A stretch of DNA of 64,000 nucleotides from Magallana gigas (Eukaryota). Numbering within the stretch: position 1 is the first letter of the stretch; each line of letters opens with the position of its first letter. Positions 25,369-38,737 of the stretch are shown piece after piece. The notes under the pieces were generated by a model. The model saw only the letters and a program-made list of their open reading frames with translations, searched no databases and was not told where the DNA came from. Where the stretch lies: positions 12,958,001 to 13,022,000 of the forward strand of contig NC_088860.1 of NCBI RefSeq assembly GCF_963853765.1, read 5' to 3'. The position numbers and the translations under genes were made by a program.

Positions 25369-28300
25369 ATGATCAAGCACAGTATTCGCCCCATCGGAAC
25401 ACCATAAGCAAGTTATAATTACTTAATGACCCAGGAAGTAGAGGTTTTGAGTTGAAGTCCTAGAATCAAATCATATTTATTGCATATACATGTATAAAAA
25501 ATAATTTTAATATTTCAGTTGCCTGACTTTACAATAATAATCTGACTCTTATTTCAATTGTCTGACTTAAAAATAACAATTAAGTTGATTCTGACTTTAA
25601 TCCCATATGGTACGATCTGATGTTTGCAGGAGATTGGCGATCTTATAAAAAGGAAAGGATATTAATCTACCACAATTGCAAACAACAGAGGGATTGAGTT
25701 TCTGCCATCTAACTGAAAACATCGCTATTGCAACTAATCTGATTAATGTTGTTGGATCAGGGTTATAAACGTTTAGGAAAAACAATAAAACGCAGGGATA
25801 CCTGGTTGAGAGATGTCATAATGAAAAAAGGCATAATTTATTTTTAATTTCAAGCGCATAAAATTTTGTGTAAATATGGATATTGCAAAAGAACTCTCTT
25901 GATGCATTCAATCATAAACGTAAGATTTTGTGTTAAAAAAATTACAATATGTTGCACTCACAATATTGTGAAAGGAAAGTTTTGGTGTATTGGGTCAAAG
26001 GTTTAACATTAATAAAAACGATCGAGAGAATATTTGGCAGACAGTCGAAAAGAAAGCTATTGATAAGGTTTGCATGGAACATGACACGAGAGTGAAGTTT
26101 AACAAACACACTTCTGAGATTCTGAGTTGGCAGAATCGATGAGAGAAGAATATTTCCTTTTCCTTCTTTTTTAAAAATGTCAGATATCACCAATGGCTTT
26201 GGTAAAGAGTATTTGACGAGATTCTACCTTTTCTCGTCTTTCAATGAAAACATTGAGGCCTCGCTGAAATAAATCACCAATCACCCCTTTTTTTATTTTT
26301 TTTTTATTTTGATTTATTTTTCTTGAAATGTTTTTCACGCAACTTTCATGAATGTTTACGAGCATTTCAATCATAGTTAACTTATCGAAATCCGTCCTTA
26401 AAATGCTGATGCAGATTTACCTCACGAAGAGTCGGAGAGAGCCCGACGTGAAGCAATAACAGTACTGTGTCAGCGATCTGCATCAAAGAAAGATATCACC
26501 TCGTAATTGAGCACAACCGAGCACTCGATTCAGAATGAGAGTGCATTTGCAGCGGTTACATAAACATAACCTGCTCATTATCCCTGTTTAGAGTACGAGA
26601 ATATGACACATTCAAGCTGTAGGGAATGGATAATGAATTAAGGTTGTATTTCTTGACATTCTTCGCAGCGCTGGAAATCTTCTTCAACGTGACACTTACG
26701 TCACTGAATGGTTACTCAAGTAAACCAATCAAACACTCGACAGACATGCACAGTAACGACCTTGTCTGTGCATTTAGTGAATGATTTAATGAGCTCATTT
26801 ACAGTAGGACAAGATGCAAAGTTGCAGAATCGCTAAAAATACTGAACTTTCTTTCTTTTTCTTTTTTTTTCTCTCGAAAATATTGAATAGGCCTGATTTA
26901 ATTATGATATATTGTAGCGGTATTAAAGTACATTGTTACATATTTGAGACGCTATAAAACTTTGATGCCTTTTTAGTTTTACTTTATTTACTGCCAACAG
27001 GTCTACAATTTGAACTCCTTCAAAGAATTTTAAACTTAATGTTCCCTTTGATTAAAAAACCACTCAATATATTGCAAACCGTCGAGTAATTATCTTTGAT
27101 ATTACAATTATGATTTCCATACTTATTGACAGTCCAAAGAAATAATTTCAATTAATGCTGACATTTTTACGATATGCTGAAGATGTAAACGATCGTCAGT
27201 GAAGAAAAAAATATAAAGATCCATCACAGACGATATACGTGCGAAATGTGAGTGAATTTTCAGCCCGAGTTTATCGTCCTCCGAGCAGATTATTTATCAG
27301 CAGAAATGGTGTTGAAAACACGTGTTTCGCGTCCATAAAAATTCAATTAATTGGATCTGTCACGCTTGTATTTATAGAAATATCATTTCACGCTACGGGG
27401 CAACAAATTTCATATAAAAACAGAACGAAGTATGGATTTGATTGCAAAAGGCGACCTCTTTGAAGGTGATAACTAAAGCATGTTATGCATCATTCGTTTT
27501 GAAATTTTTCCAAGGATCGTCATAAAATCTGTTTTATTTTCTATATTGCTAATGTCTTCGAGAATATGTGATACACACTGACTTTCTACGGAAAGTATTT
27601 GAGAAAAGGATTTGCTGCAAGGTGAAAGGAATTTAGATAGATATATTGTTATGCTAAATATTTTAAAGATAAAAACCTTGCCAATTTATTGTCCTTGAAT
27701 TTTTAGGCTAATTGAACAAACACAATCCTCGGCTTTCAATCGTTTTATTCTAATGTGTCCATTTTCTTCAATTATTCGATATTCAAAAAATACCCCAAGG
27801 TTCAAACAATTTTCATTCAATAAGTTAAAATCTCAAGATTTCTCTTTTCCTTCTCTACTCTTAGTTACAGGATTGTATTCAAGCATTCCTGTATAAGAAA
27901 TAATGTTAGAAAGTCCATAAATAGCGCACGATTTTATTGCATTTTGGATTGTAGCTCTATGTGATCTCAACCCAGTTTTTCCCGTAGAGTTACAGATCTG
28001 TATTAGTTTCATTTCTTACTCAGTCTTATGGTGTAGTGAAGCAAAGATTTTAATTGACTTATGAAAACAACTAAAGATATGGTTACAAAAAGCATGCAGT
28101 TGTATGGAAACCGATCTTCAAACTTTCAAATGATTATGATCATAATAACAAATCCATGAAATCAACAGGTTCTAATATTCTGATAACATTAATACAAATA
28201 TCTCACATTAAAGAGCAATAATTATTGTTCTCTCTTGGGATTTTGTTTAATAAATAACCAACTGCTCGCAAACATTTTGAAATAACAATTAGAAGAAACT

Positions 28301-29165
28301 TATCAGCAGAAAACCGCGTTGACGAGCAGATTATGGACAAAAACGTTAACATGAAGAGAGTAATTATGTTTGCCTGAAAATTGCTCACTCATCGAGCGGA
28401 ACTAAATGAAAATGGCGACCTCCAACAGAGCAATTGTGTTTCGGTTATTTGATTATTTAAAGGATGATGATTGTTAATTTCGTGGGTAATTTACTGTGTA
28501 ATTAAGTGTAGACATGAAGATGAACTTTTAAAATAGCAAAACAACTTAATGAATATATTCTGTCGCTTTGTGTTGCAGATACTCAACAAGTTTTTGCATA
28601 TAATATCATGCACTTGTTTCCAAAACCTCAAGTAATAAAATTTATATCATAATGTTACATACTAAATAAAATTTGTTATTTATATTTTTTATTATCTAAT
28701 TTTTTAAAATTATTTTTGATTTGGCCTTTGACAGATACAGCATTTAAGAGGGAGGGAGGTCAAGGGTCACCGAGCCGGTAAGTCGTTGTTGTTTTGGGCT
28801 CCGGCGAAAACTTCAAAATACAAGTCTTAATCAGCTACAAAAGAACTGTATTTCTGTATATGCTTGTACCATGTGAATGAGAACCCAATTCCTTAGAAAC
28901 TTTTGTATTTTTTATAGTGTATGAATAATCTACGCTATCAAAAAACTTGCTATGTACATAATGTAGGTTTCAATTGTGTGTGTGTGACCGTGAGATCAAC
29001 TCACTCAGCATTGTCTAGCTTGAGCCGCACCGTATACAATACAGTGTGCTGTGTGTTATTCTGTACTAGACACCACCCAGGGTGTACGACATCACTAATA
29101 TTTCGATTTGTGAGTTCGGGTACCCTAGTTTGCATTAAAAAGACAACCAATATTACTTATTTAAA

Positions 29166-30230
29166 ATGTCTGTGTCCGACACTACGGCACTTTTGTCCCA
29201 AAGTCACTCCATCATATATGGCGAACGCAGTGAAAATGCAGAATGTGTCCAGAACAAAGAAAATCAGATATCATTGGTGTCCATCCATACTATCCTCATA
29301 GAAATAAACTCTAAGTTATCCAATATTGAAACCAAAAACAATGCATTAGAAGAAAGATTGTCAGCGATCGAAGAAAAAGTTGTCGTCGTGAACGAAATGC
29401 AAAAATCTCTTGGCACTATGAAAAACAAAATAGCCTATGTTGAAAATGGTCTTGAAACAACAAAAAAGGATCTTTCTAATCTGGAATCTAACGTAAAAGA
29501 TCTTGGAAATGTTTTTGACTCTGTTAAAGAAGAAGCACAAAGTAGTAAAAAAATTGCCAACAGCAATAAACATGAAATTCTAAAAACTACCACAGCCCAA
29601 AAGAACCTCGAAGACAAAGTGAATAAGGAACTGAGAGAAATGAGAGAAGCCAGTGAGAGTATTAAAGAATCCTTGACGGATTTAAAAACACGTTCCATGC
29701 GGGACAATCTTATCTTCACTGGAATTCCAGAGGAGAGATGGGAAAATACAGAGGCGGTACTCCAAGATCTCCTACAAAAGAAATACAAATTAGAGTACGA
29801 TATTCCATTTGAGAGAGTGCATAGAATGGGCAAATGGTCAGAATTCAAGGAGCAGCCCCGAAATATCATTGCGAAATTCTCTTACTTTAAAGATCGCGAA
29901 TTCATCCGAAAAAATGCTGCAAGGAAGCTCAAAGGAAGTCGTATATGGGTAAATGAACAATTCCCTCCAGAAATTGAAGAAAAAAGAAAGCGTCTTTATC
30001 CAGTGTTAAGACAAGCTAAGAAAGATCACAAACGCGCGAGTCTGATTCGTGATACTCTATACATTGAGGGAGAAAAATACGACTCATCAACAGAATCCGC
30101 TCCCCGTTTTTATCCAGATCGCGCCGTGTCGAATTATACAACCCCAGCTCAGAGTCATCAGAGCGGGACCGCCAAGGATCACCAACCACTAAAGAGGCAG
30201 CGCCAAGGATCGACGCCTGACCGATACTAG
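29166..30230 (+). CDS. LINE ORF1p (coiled coil + L1-type RRM/CTD), 354 aa
   Basis: Heptad-rich N-half, then RSMRDNLIFTGIPE...FERVHRMG...PRNIIAKF...IWVNEQFPPEIEEKRKRLYP...LYIEG, the L1/transposase_22-like ORF1 pattern. Confidence 0.88.
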   Translation: MSVSDTTALLSQSHSIIYGERSENAECVQNKENQISLVSIHTILIEINSKLSNIETKNNALEERLSAIEEKVVVVNEMQKSLGTMKNKIAYVENGLETTKKDLSNLESNVKDLGNVFDSVKEEAQSSKKIANSNKHEILKTTTAQKNLEDKVNKELREMREASESIKESLTDLKTRSMRDNLIFTGIPEERWENTEAVLQDLLQKKYKLEYDIPFERVHRMGKWSEFKEQPRNIIAKFSYFKDREFIRKNAARKLKGSRIWVNEQFPPEIEEKRKRLYPVLRQAKKDHKRASLIRDTLYIEGEKYDSSTESAPRFYPDRAVSNYTTPAQSHQSGTAKDHQPLKRQRQGSTPDRY

Positions 30231-31568
30231 GGACGCGCCGGAGAGCAGACCGGAACTCCACTTAATGATGACTGTCATAGAAAACTTCATTTCCTTTCAC
30301 TTAACGTTTGTAGCATTAAAAATAAATTAAATTATGATGAGTTTAACCATTTCATATCTGGCTTTGACATTCTTGGTTTGACAGAAACGAAAACAGATGA
30401 TTCGGATACAATAGCTATTCCTGGTTTTGTTACTTTTATGAAAAATAGGCAGAAACTTTCTAAAACTAGATCTGGTGGAATTATATTATTAGTTAAAGAA
30501 AACTTAGCCAAGCATGTCAAAATCATGAAAACTGATTGCAAAAATGTCTTATGGTTCAAAGTTAGCAAACAACTGTTAAACTATGACGAGGATCTATTGT
30601 GTGGAATCGTTTATATCCCCCCTGAATGTAGTAGATTTTCTTCACCTGACTGCTTTATTGAATTAGAACAGGAGCTTATCAATATTGCAAAAGATTCTAA
30701 GTATGTATGTTTACTCGGTGATTTTAATGCACGTGTTGGTTGTTTACATGATTATGTTATATCTGATGATTTTTTAACGCAATTAAATATGTGTGAAGAT
30801 ATTTATAATACTGATATAGCAGTCCGCTCACAAGCTTTTCAAATGCTGAAAATACCACTGGAACGAAAAGTGCAAGATTTTCACGTAAACAATTTTGGAT
30901 ATAAGCTTATAGATTTTTGCAAAAATAATGAACTCTACATTGTAAATAGCCGTATAGGCAATGATAAGTATACAGGTGGTACTACATGTAAGAGCAGTAG
31001 CACGGTCGACTACGTTTTATCTAGTGTACACATGTTTGCTTTTTTCCAGGATTTTGATATTGTAGAATTTAATAATTTATATTCTGATGTTCACAATCCA
31101 ATTTCTTTTACTGTTTCAAGTTGTAATAACACACAAACACCGTTGAATGATATCACAGGTAAAACTCAGCCAAGCGTAAAATTATGGTCACAGGATAAAG
31201 CTAAGGACTTTTGCCATAACATTAATACCGCGGCCGTCAATGATATTGACCTCATTTTAGATGACCTAGCCAGAGGAACGCGTGATTTCAATCAAGACAA
31301 TATTTCTGATATAACTAGTGATATTTGTAATGTTTTCTCTAACGCTGCTAAGGAAACATTTGGTGTCGTTTATCCACATTCCAAACATGTAAGATGCAAT
31401 AAACCATGGTTTAATCAGGAATGTAGATCCGCACGAAAAAAGTTCCACTCAGCCACAAAGAACTATTCTAAATGTAAATCTGCCGAAAACAAAGAAACTC
31501 TAAAATCAGCGAACAAAAATTATAAAAACATAATGGATAAGTGTATTAAAAACCAAAGTCGGAGCTAA
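30231..31568 (+). pseudogene. LINE ORF2, part 1: apurinic-like endonuclease and linker (interrupted by frameshift)
   Basis: The frame is open from immediately after the ORF1 TAG. Motifs LSLNVCS, LTET, SGGI, YIPP, GDFNAR, TVDY and SDVHNP. Ends TAA at 31566-68; ORF2 continues in another frame from ~31550. Confidence 0.85.
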
Positions 31569-33739
31569 CAAAAAAATTAGTGAACTTGCATTCCAATAAT
31601 CCAAAAGATTATTGGAAAATCCTTAATGCAGGTAGTAAAAACAACTCGAGTGCTGTAGATATTAATGATATGTTCGAGTTTCTGAAAGGTATGAATGAGT
31701 GCGAAGTCGATAACAATAATGAAAATTTACCAGAAGTGGCCGTTACGGATACATATGACTTTCTGAACCTCCCTATTAGCGACGAAGAAATTTTAGAAGC
31801 GGTTAAGAAACTTAAAAACAATAAATCACCAGGACATGATTTAGTGATTAATGAACACATTTTTACAACAGTTACAATATTTTTACCAGTTTATAGGAAA
31901 CTATTTAATCTAATTTACGATAGAGGTTATGTACCAGACGAGTGGTTGATAGGAATTATTAAACCTATATTTAAGAATAAGGGCGACCCCACCCAGCCAG
32001 AAAATTATAGACCGATAACATTGCTAAGTTGCCTCGGAAAATTATTTACATGCATTTTGAACAAGCGTTTAGATACGTATGCATCTGAAATCAACCTCAT
32101 TACTAGCAGTCAGGCAGGTTTTAGGAAAAATCATTCAACTCTGGACCATATTCTAACTCTTCAATTTTTATCAAATACCTTACTATGTAGAAAGAAAAAA
32201 TTATTCTGTGCTTTTGTTGACTTTAAACAAGCATTTGATACCGTCTGGAGAAATGGTCTATGGTATAAACTATTAGATAATGGAATAGGGGGGAAATGTT
32301 ATGCTTTTATACGAAATATGTACAAAGGAATAAAATCTAAGATATGTATGAACGGTATGTCATCTGATTTTTTCTGTTGTAATATAGGTGTGCGTAAAGG
32401 AGAAAATTTATCTCCTTTTTTATTTTCATTGTATATTAATGACTTAGAAGATTTTTTATTAGATAAAAATATTGTTGGGTTACAAAGTATTAGTTCTTCC
32501 ATTGAAGATGAGTTGATGTTATACTTGAAACTTTGCCTATTATTTTATGCAGACGATACGGTTATTATGTCTGAGACCGCTGATGATCTCCAGAAAGCAC
32601 TAGATGAATTCCATGTGTACTGTTCCCAATGGAAACTAAATGTCAATGTAGAAAAAACAAAGATATTAGTTTTTTCAAAAGGCCCTAAGCCAAAAAACAT
32701 TTTTTATTATAATAATAACGTTGTTGAAATTGTGAGTGAATTCAAATATTTGGGTACTGTATTTTCCAGAAGTGGATCTTTTTGTAAAGCAAAAAAACAC
32801 TTAGTTGAGCAAGCACAGAAAGCTATGTATAGTATTATAAGAAAAATAAGACTTTTTAATCTACCCATGGAGCAACAGTTTGATTTGTTTGATAAAGTAG
32901 TAGTGCCGGTTTTGCTCTATGCTTGTGAAATCTGGGGTTACGAGAATATAGATATTATTGAAAAAATCCATTTGAAATTTTTAAAATATGTTCTATGTAT
33001 GAAAAGTAGTACTCCGTCGTATATGGTCTATGGTGAATCAGGTCGTTATCCTTTATACGTAACTGTATATTCTCGAATGATTTCTTATTGGACAAAAATG
33101 ATCCAAGGTCAAGACAATAAGATTGTGTTTACTGTTTACAAATATTTAGCAAACCAATATATGTATAATAATGACTGTGTAAATCCATGGACTGATTTTA
33201 TACGACATATTTTAGACTCATGTGGGTTCTCTAATATCTGGACAGAACAATGTACTGCAATAGTTAATGATAAGTGGATTTCTGCCGCCATCAAACAAAG
33301 ATTGCAGGACCAGTTCATTCAGAAATGGGCAAAAGATATAGATAATTCATCTAAAGGTCAAATATATAAAATTTATAAACAAAAGTTTGGTTTTGAAAAA
33401 TACTTAGGCATTCTTACTAAAAAATTTTGGAAACCACTTATTAAATTCAGAACAGCAAATCACCGTTTACCGATTGAAACCGGTAGATGGTATGGAATTC
33501 CTGTAAATGACAGAAGCTGCACACTCTGTAATAGTGGTAAATTAGCGGACGAATACCATTTTATTCTTGAATGTAAATTTTTTTTAACTTTACGTAAGCA
33601 ATTTCTATGTACCAAGTATTTTCAAAAACCAAGTACATTAAAATTTAGGGAACTGCTGATGACAACGAACATCAAAACATTGAAAAAATTAAGCTCTTTT
33701 ATATTGAATATCCAAGAGCAATTCTGCTGTCCAGCCTAA
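31550..33739 (+). pseudogene. LINE ORF2, part 2: reverse transcriptase and C-terminal zinc-knuckle-like region
   Basis: KSPGHD, NYRPITLL, QAGFRK, FVDFKQAFD, GVRKG (usual Q replaced by K), YADD, FKYLG, GRYPL and RTANHRLPIETGRW...C..C...DEYHF..EC. Confidence 0.9.
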
Positions 33740-33986
33740 ACTATATTAGCATTTATTATTATTATTACTCTCCGCGTATTGAACACCAATGAAACATTGT
33801 ATTAAATTTTTATATGATGATCTATTTTTTTTTTTCTACCACTTTTTGTATTATTACTATTTTTTTTTTCTCTTACTTACTTATGCTTACTAACACATGT
33901 AATACTATGTTGTATTATAATTTATATATAATTTATTAGACCCTTGACATCACAATTTAATGTAAATATGTTATTGTACCTCATGT

Positions 33987-34038
33987 ACCATTGTATGATA
34001 ATGGTTTGAGAGAATAAATTGAATTGAATTGAATTGAA
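33987..34038 (+). other. LINE 3' terminal stem-loop, polyA signal and (TTGAA)4 tail
   Basis: ACCATT-GTATGAT-AATGGT hairpin, then AATAAA (34013-18) and four TTGAA units (34019-38). Confidence 0.7.
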
Positions 34039-37031
34039 TAGACTTTAGGAGCTGAATCTTCCACATATTGATTTCTGAATACCAGTATACCGATATACGG
34101 ATGAATGGCATTGTCTTTACACCTTTATTTACAGCAGCATCTTACACACTATAGCAGAATAGCGATGAGAGAGCTCACATGATGCCTTTTTCACTGTAGC
34201 AAGCATTATTAGCAAGCATTATTAATAAGAAAGAGTTTTCTGTGATGGGTCTGTTATTTTGCAGATACGTTTACTACACCATTGATTGACGTATGTTTAT
34301 TGTATCGGATCATAATTTTAATAGAAGAAAGACGTTTATTGCAGTGCTTCATCTTCATACACACTATTATGATAACTTTTACTCATGCAGAGAGTAATAC
34401 TGTAGAAAAGCTCGGTGGTTCTTTACAAATTTTAAATTATTTTCAAGACCAGATTCTGCATCATATATTTTCTAAATTGCCATTTTCATTTTTAAAAAAT
34501 TCTAAACAGCCAAATAGTACACAGGCAAGCATTCCACCTCAAGACATCGCTGACCTATCAAATTGTCATAGTTATTTTCAGGTATGACTATACATGGCAA
34601 ATACCTTGTATAAAAAATCAAGGTAACGAGTATTGTGTTAAAAATCGAAAAGTATTTTAAAATAAATGTCTCAGTTTTCTTTTACATGTATATGTCTATT
34701 CTCACTAATGTGCGAGCATTTTCCTAAATTGTAAAATTCGCCTAACCTAGTGACAAGGATAAAACGCCAACTTTCCTAAAATCTACATTCTCAGTCTTAA
34801 ATCTGAGGTATCATCTACATGTAACATTAAAGCACTTGTCATTGTTAGATTTGAGTTTAAAAGGGCGCGTTAGACACATGTAATTTACATGTAATTTGCA
34901 ATTTTAGCAAAATCACTGTGATTCTTTATCTTATTCTTCTTTCTACTGAAATGCAAAACGAGTCTTGGATTAGATTCTAGATGGCAATTATCAAAATCAC
35001 AGGCGGTGAGAAACGGATACATCAAAAGTTTTCAATTGCAGGGCTTCATCTGCCAGCAGTTTTTGAAGTGCTCGATGGAAGAACAAACATAAAGTAAACA
35101 TTGACCATGGGCTATGATAAGAAATTGGTTTGTTTGAACATGTGCGTGGTTTTAGGGTTTTTTTAGGGCTCAGATGTCTGAGAGCAAGGTTTTGAATTGA
35201 ATAATAAACGAACCACTGAGGACAAAAAAACAGACAAATCTAACGCCATTTTGAGCAATATACTATAATATCAAAGATATATACCCAAAAATGTCTGTAC
35301 AACCACATTTACATAAAAGTTCATTAATTGCCGTACGAAATAACATACCAGATCTAGAGGCAGACAACGATTTGGAGTAGAATAATGCCAATCTACTGTC
35401 AAATGATACTTACGTTAATATTTAATTCATTCAATATTGTTGATGAATGGCGGTTTTTTTAAATGGTTTATTTTTATCACTCATCAAACACATTTTCACA
35501 GCAACGTTCTCACTAAAAATGTTTTGCTTGTCTTGTCTATTTATATTTCCCTTTATCCTTACAAGATACTATTGTTGGTTGATAATTATTGTTTTCACAG
35601 TAGATGAAGTCATAACGACAGAATTAGATGGAAAACTATTTCATAAATTCCATAAATGCGCCGAAAACATTGATGTAATTTTTCTTTTATGCTTTCATCA
35701 TTTGATTGAGCAAGAAAAAAATAATATGTATTTCCTCAGAAATTATGATTTACAGGAGATATGATGCAATTTCAAGCACCTGATCAGAACTTACAATCCG
35801 TTAAAACGTCATTCGAAATTAACGAGTTGTTTATGACACTGATATGATGTGTTTCCGACTGTAGTCGAAAACAGATAAAATCGGGATAGCTCAGTGAGAG
35901 AAGATGTAGGTTGATGCAGTTTGATTGTTTTCATAAATCTGCTTGAAGACAAGTGCATCAACCAATATTGGCTTAAGAGGAAGTCGAGTTTTCCGAGATG
36001 TTTTGCTCCGATATTTACAATCTTTTGCGCTTCCATGATTACCAAGCGAAAGGAAATTTTAATAATATTGTGGGCTTTTTTTCATCTAGCCGCATAAAGT
36101 TTCTCTGACTATAGTAATTTTTTTTTTATTTCATATTTTTAAATGAAATTAAATACTTCAAGGCAAAACTTCTCTATTAATAAATCATGAATTTAAGAAA
36201 AATTAAACAAATAATTCTTGGATACGCGATTAAGAAAGAATGTCCTCTAAATCTATCGAATACTTATAATTTATTTACATTTTCTCCGTTATTGTCGAGT
36301 GACAGCGCCAAAATGTAAAAGATGAGTCATACAGAGTCAAGGGTAAAAGAGAAAAGGGCCTGAAGATAAACACCCTCATCCAAAAAATATATTTATTATA
36401 CTCATCAATAGTAAAGCTAAATAATATATCTGCTATAAGAAATCTTTTCTTTTTCACGAGGGTCCATTTGCAAGTGACCAGCTGCAAGCAATTGTTTGAT
36501 TTCACAATAACGCATTCTATCTTTTATCTTTACTGGTCAATTAGGCAATCGCAAAAAATAGTGTTATTGGCAGTTTGGCAGCCGGCTTTACGGAAGTTAG
36601 AAAAAATATGTTCATGTAATAGTTATCAAAAACAAAGATCAAAGCATAGATGGGGAAGCCTCTTGTTTTCCTATTGTTCTTTTCGTTTGATGTAGGCTTT
36701 ACTTACTAATTGAGATGGCAAATGAGTCTTAAATGATGCATCTATAATACATGTCAGTTGTACATCAGTTGAGGGCAATAAACAATGCACTTACTTATAT
36801 CTGTTATGCTTCTTTTCATAGTAAATGATATCCTTAAAACTTGCATCTACTGAGTATTTCCATCTTGTTTTCTTGTGAAACGCGATTGTACTTATACATG
36901 TACAACTACAGACAAAATCGAATCTTCATCTGGCCTGTTTCAATAATTATCGATTTTGTCAGCAGTCCTTGATTTTTAGAAATATGCCTTTAAACGCATT
37001 ATTTTGTTCATTTTAAATACGAATTACAGAA

Positions 37032-37038
<7 letters not shown>

Positions 37039-37087
<49 letters not shown>
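37039..37087. repeat. (GA)n microsatellite
   Basis: About 24 GA units. Confidence 0.95.
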
Positions 37088-37091
<4 letters not shown>

Positions 37092-38737
37092 CTTTATTGG
37101 TTATGCCTAGTTTTGAAGCTCACAAAGTGATTGCTGCATTCACGTCAGTACGAACCACAAAAGTTAGAACTTTATATTTTCGATTCATTTTAGTAATTTT
37201 TGTGTTATTTTGTTCCTGTATGTACTAAATATTTCAAAATACCACGGTAATTTTATTCCTTATTAATCAGTTATGCAATATTTACAATGGATTTTGAATG
37301 AGCGAGTTACTAGTATATATTGTTTTGTTGACATTATCATACGTCATTTAATAATTGAATCAGTGGAGTGGAGTCTTTAGTGGGTTGTTTTCAGTAATAT
37401 TAAAACGTTCCTTTTACTACATCAAAAAATTTGAAATTTATTTTTTATTGATAAATTTTGAACATGTTCTACGTTTAATGTAACTTTTTTTTAAATTCCC
37501 TCTCGATGAATCCACGAAAATAAAATTCTTAGATACTGAGGTTTTATTATTATCTGTTGCCATTAATTTTCGTACATTTAGTACATTTAATGAAATCGCA
37601 ATTTCAAAGATAAGTTATAAATAATAATAACTTTACCAGGGCAATTTGTAATTTTTTCTTTTACCTTCGATATACTTTAAAAATTTCCCAAAGCCGAAAT
37701 GAATTCATTCGTTGTCACTTCCTGCTGTCGCTTTGTTCCTAAAGGTATATTACACTTTTCCAATTGACCTCATAGGGACACTATATTTTAACTATATTCA
37801 ATCTGATCTGATCTTTATTGCAATGTGGGAATTGTTTTTTACTAATTGTGTCTATGTGGGTGGATCAATCATTGTTCAATTTGTTTCTCACCATGGATAA
37901 AGAAAGACCGAAAACCACGATATTTTCACAGTTGTTAAAATAATCCTCTGGGATTTACATGTTCAGAAAAGACGAAACTGGCCAAAGACTGACACAGGAA
38001 TGGTGCCGATTGCATGACAGGATCTCCGTTTGCTTGAAACATCCAGGGCTCTACTGGACTGTGGAGACTTGAAAGTGTCAAGTACATACAGGGCTTTGCG
38101 TGTTGAACTAAGTTGTTTCATATAATTCTGCTGAAACGTATTTCAGAGTAAAACTAGTGCGATATTCGTGAATGCTGGAGAGAGCTAGGAATCCTTGTTA
38201 GCGAAAGAGAAAAGATTGCATGTAGATGACAACAAGGCTAGAGAGAGGGAACAGAAAAGAATTAAGTGAAAGAGGAACTCGAAGGAATTGGATTTCGTGT
38301 TGGAAAACCTGTATGTTTATTGCAGTTTAAATGCTAGTGCCACTTAAGAAATTACTCTTAAGCATGCAAGGTATCGATTTCAAATTAGTCACGACAATTT
38401 TCTAATGTATTCTGTGAAATGATGACATGTAAGCGGCAAATTCTACATCATTTGTCACTGGGACACGGGTCATAACCTATCGATTTTGTTTCTTTCGTAC
38501 AAATTCATACGTCACAAACACAACAGCATACAATTGATACAAATACCATATCATGATATCACATTTCCATCGTATAATAGATATAAAAATATATTTCCAA
38601 CGCTTAAAGAAAACGGGCCAAATAACTCTAAAACTCTAACAGAGTAATAAATTACACATTTCTGTATTATCAATTATCAAATAATAATCCATTCTTTTTT
38701 AAAGAGCCTTATACACCTTTTATTTTATAGCCATTAA

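Larger units (their letters stand above)
28985..34038 (+). mobile_element. Near-full-length two-ORF APE-type non-LTR retrotransposon (RTE-X/CR1-L2 group; clade uncertain)
   Basis: ORF1, then APE endonuclease, RT and C-terminal Cys/His motif, then an AT-rich 3' UTR ending AATAAA(TTGAA)4. The 5' boundary is approximate (after a TG run) and no TSD was found. Confidence 0.88.

Noticed and set aside
26400-26760. Minus-strand donor-like sites and a CCAAT box, possibly GPCR 5' UTR exons
   Set aside because: Plausible, but the UTR exon structure cannot be fixed from sequence alone.
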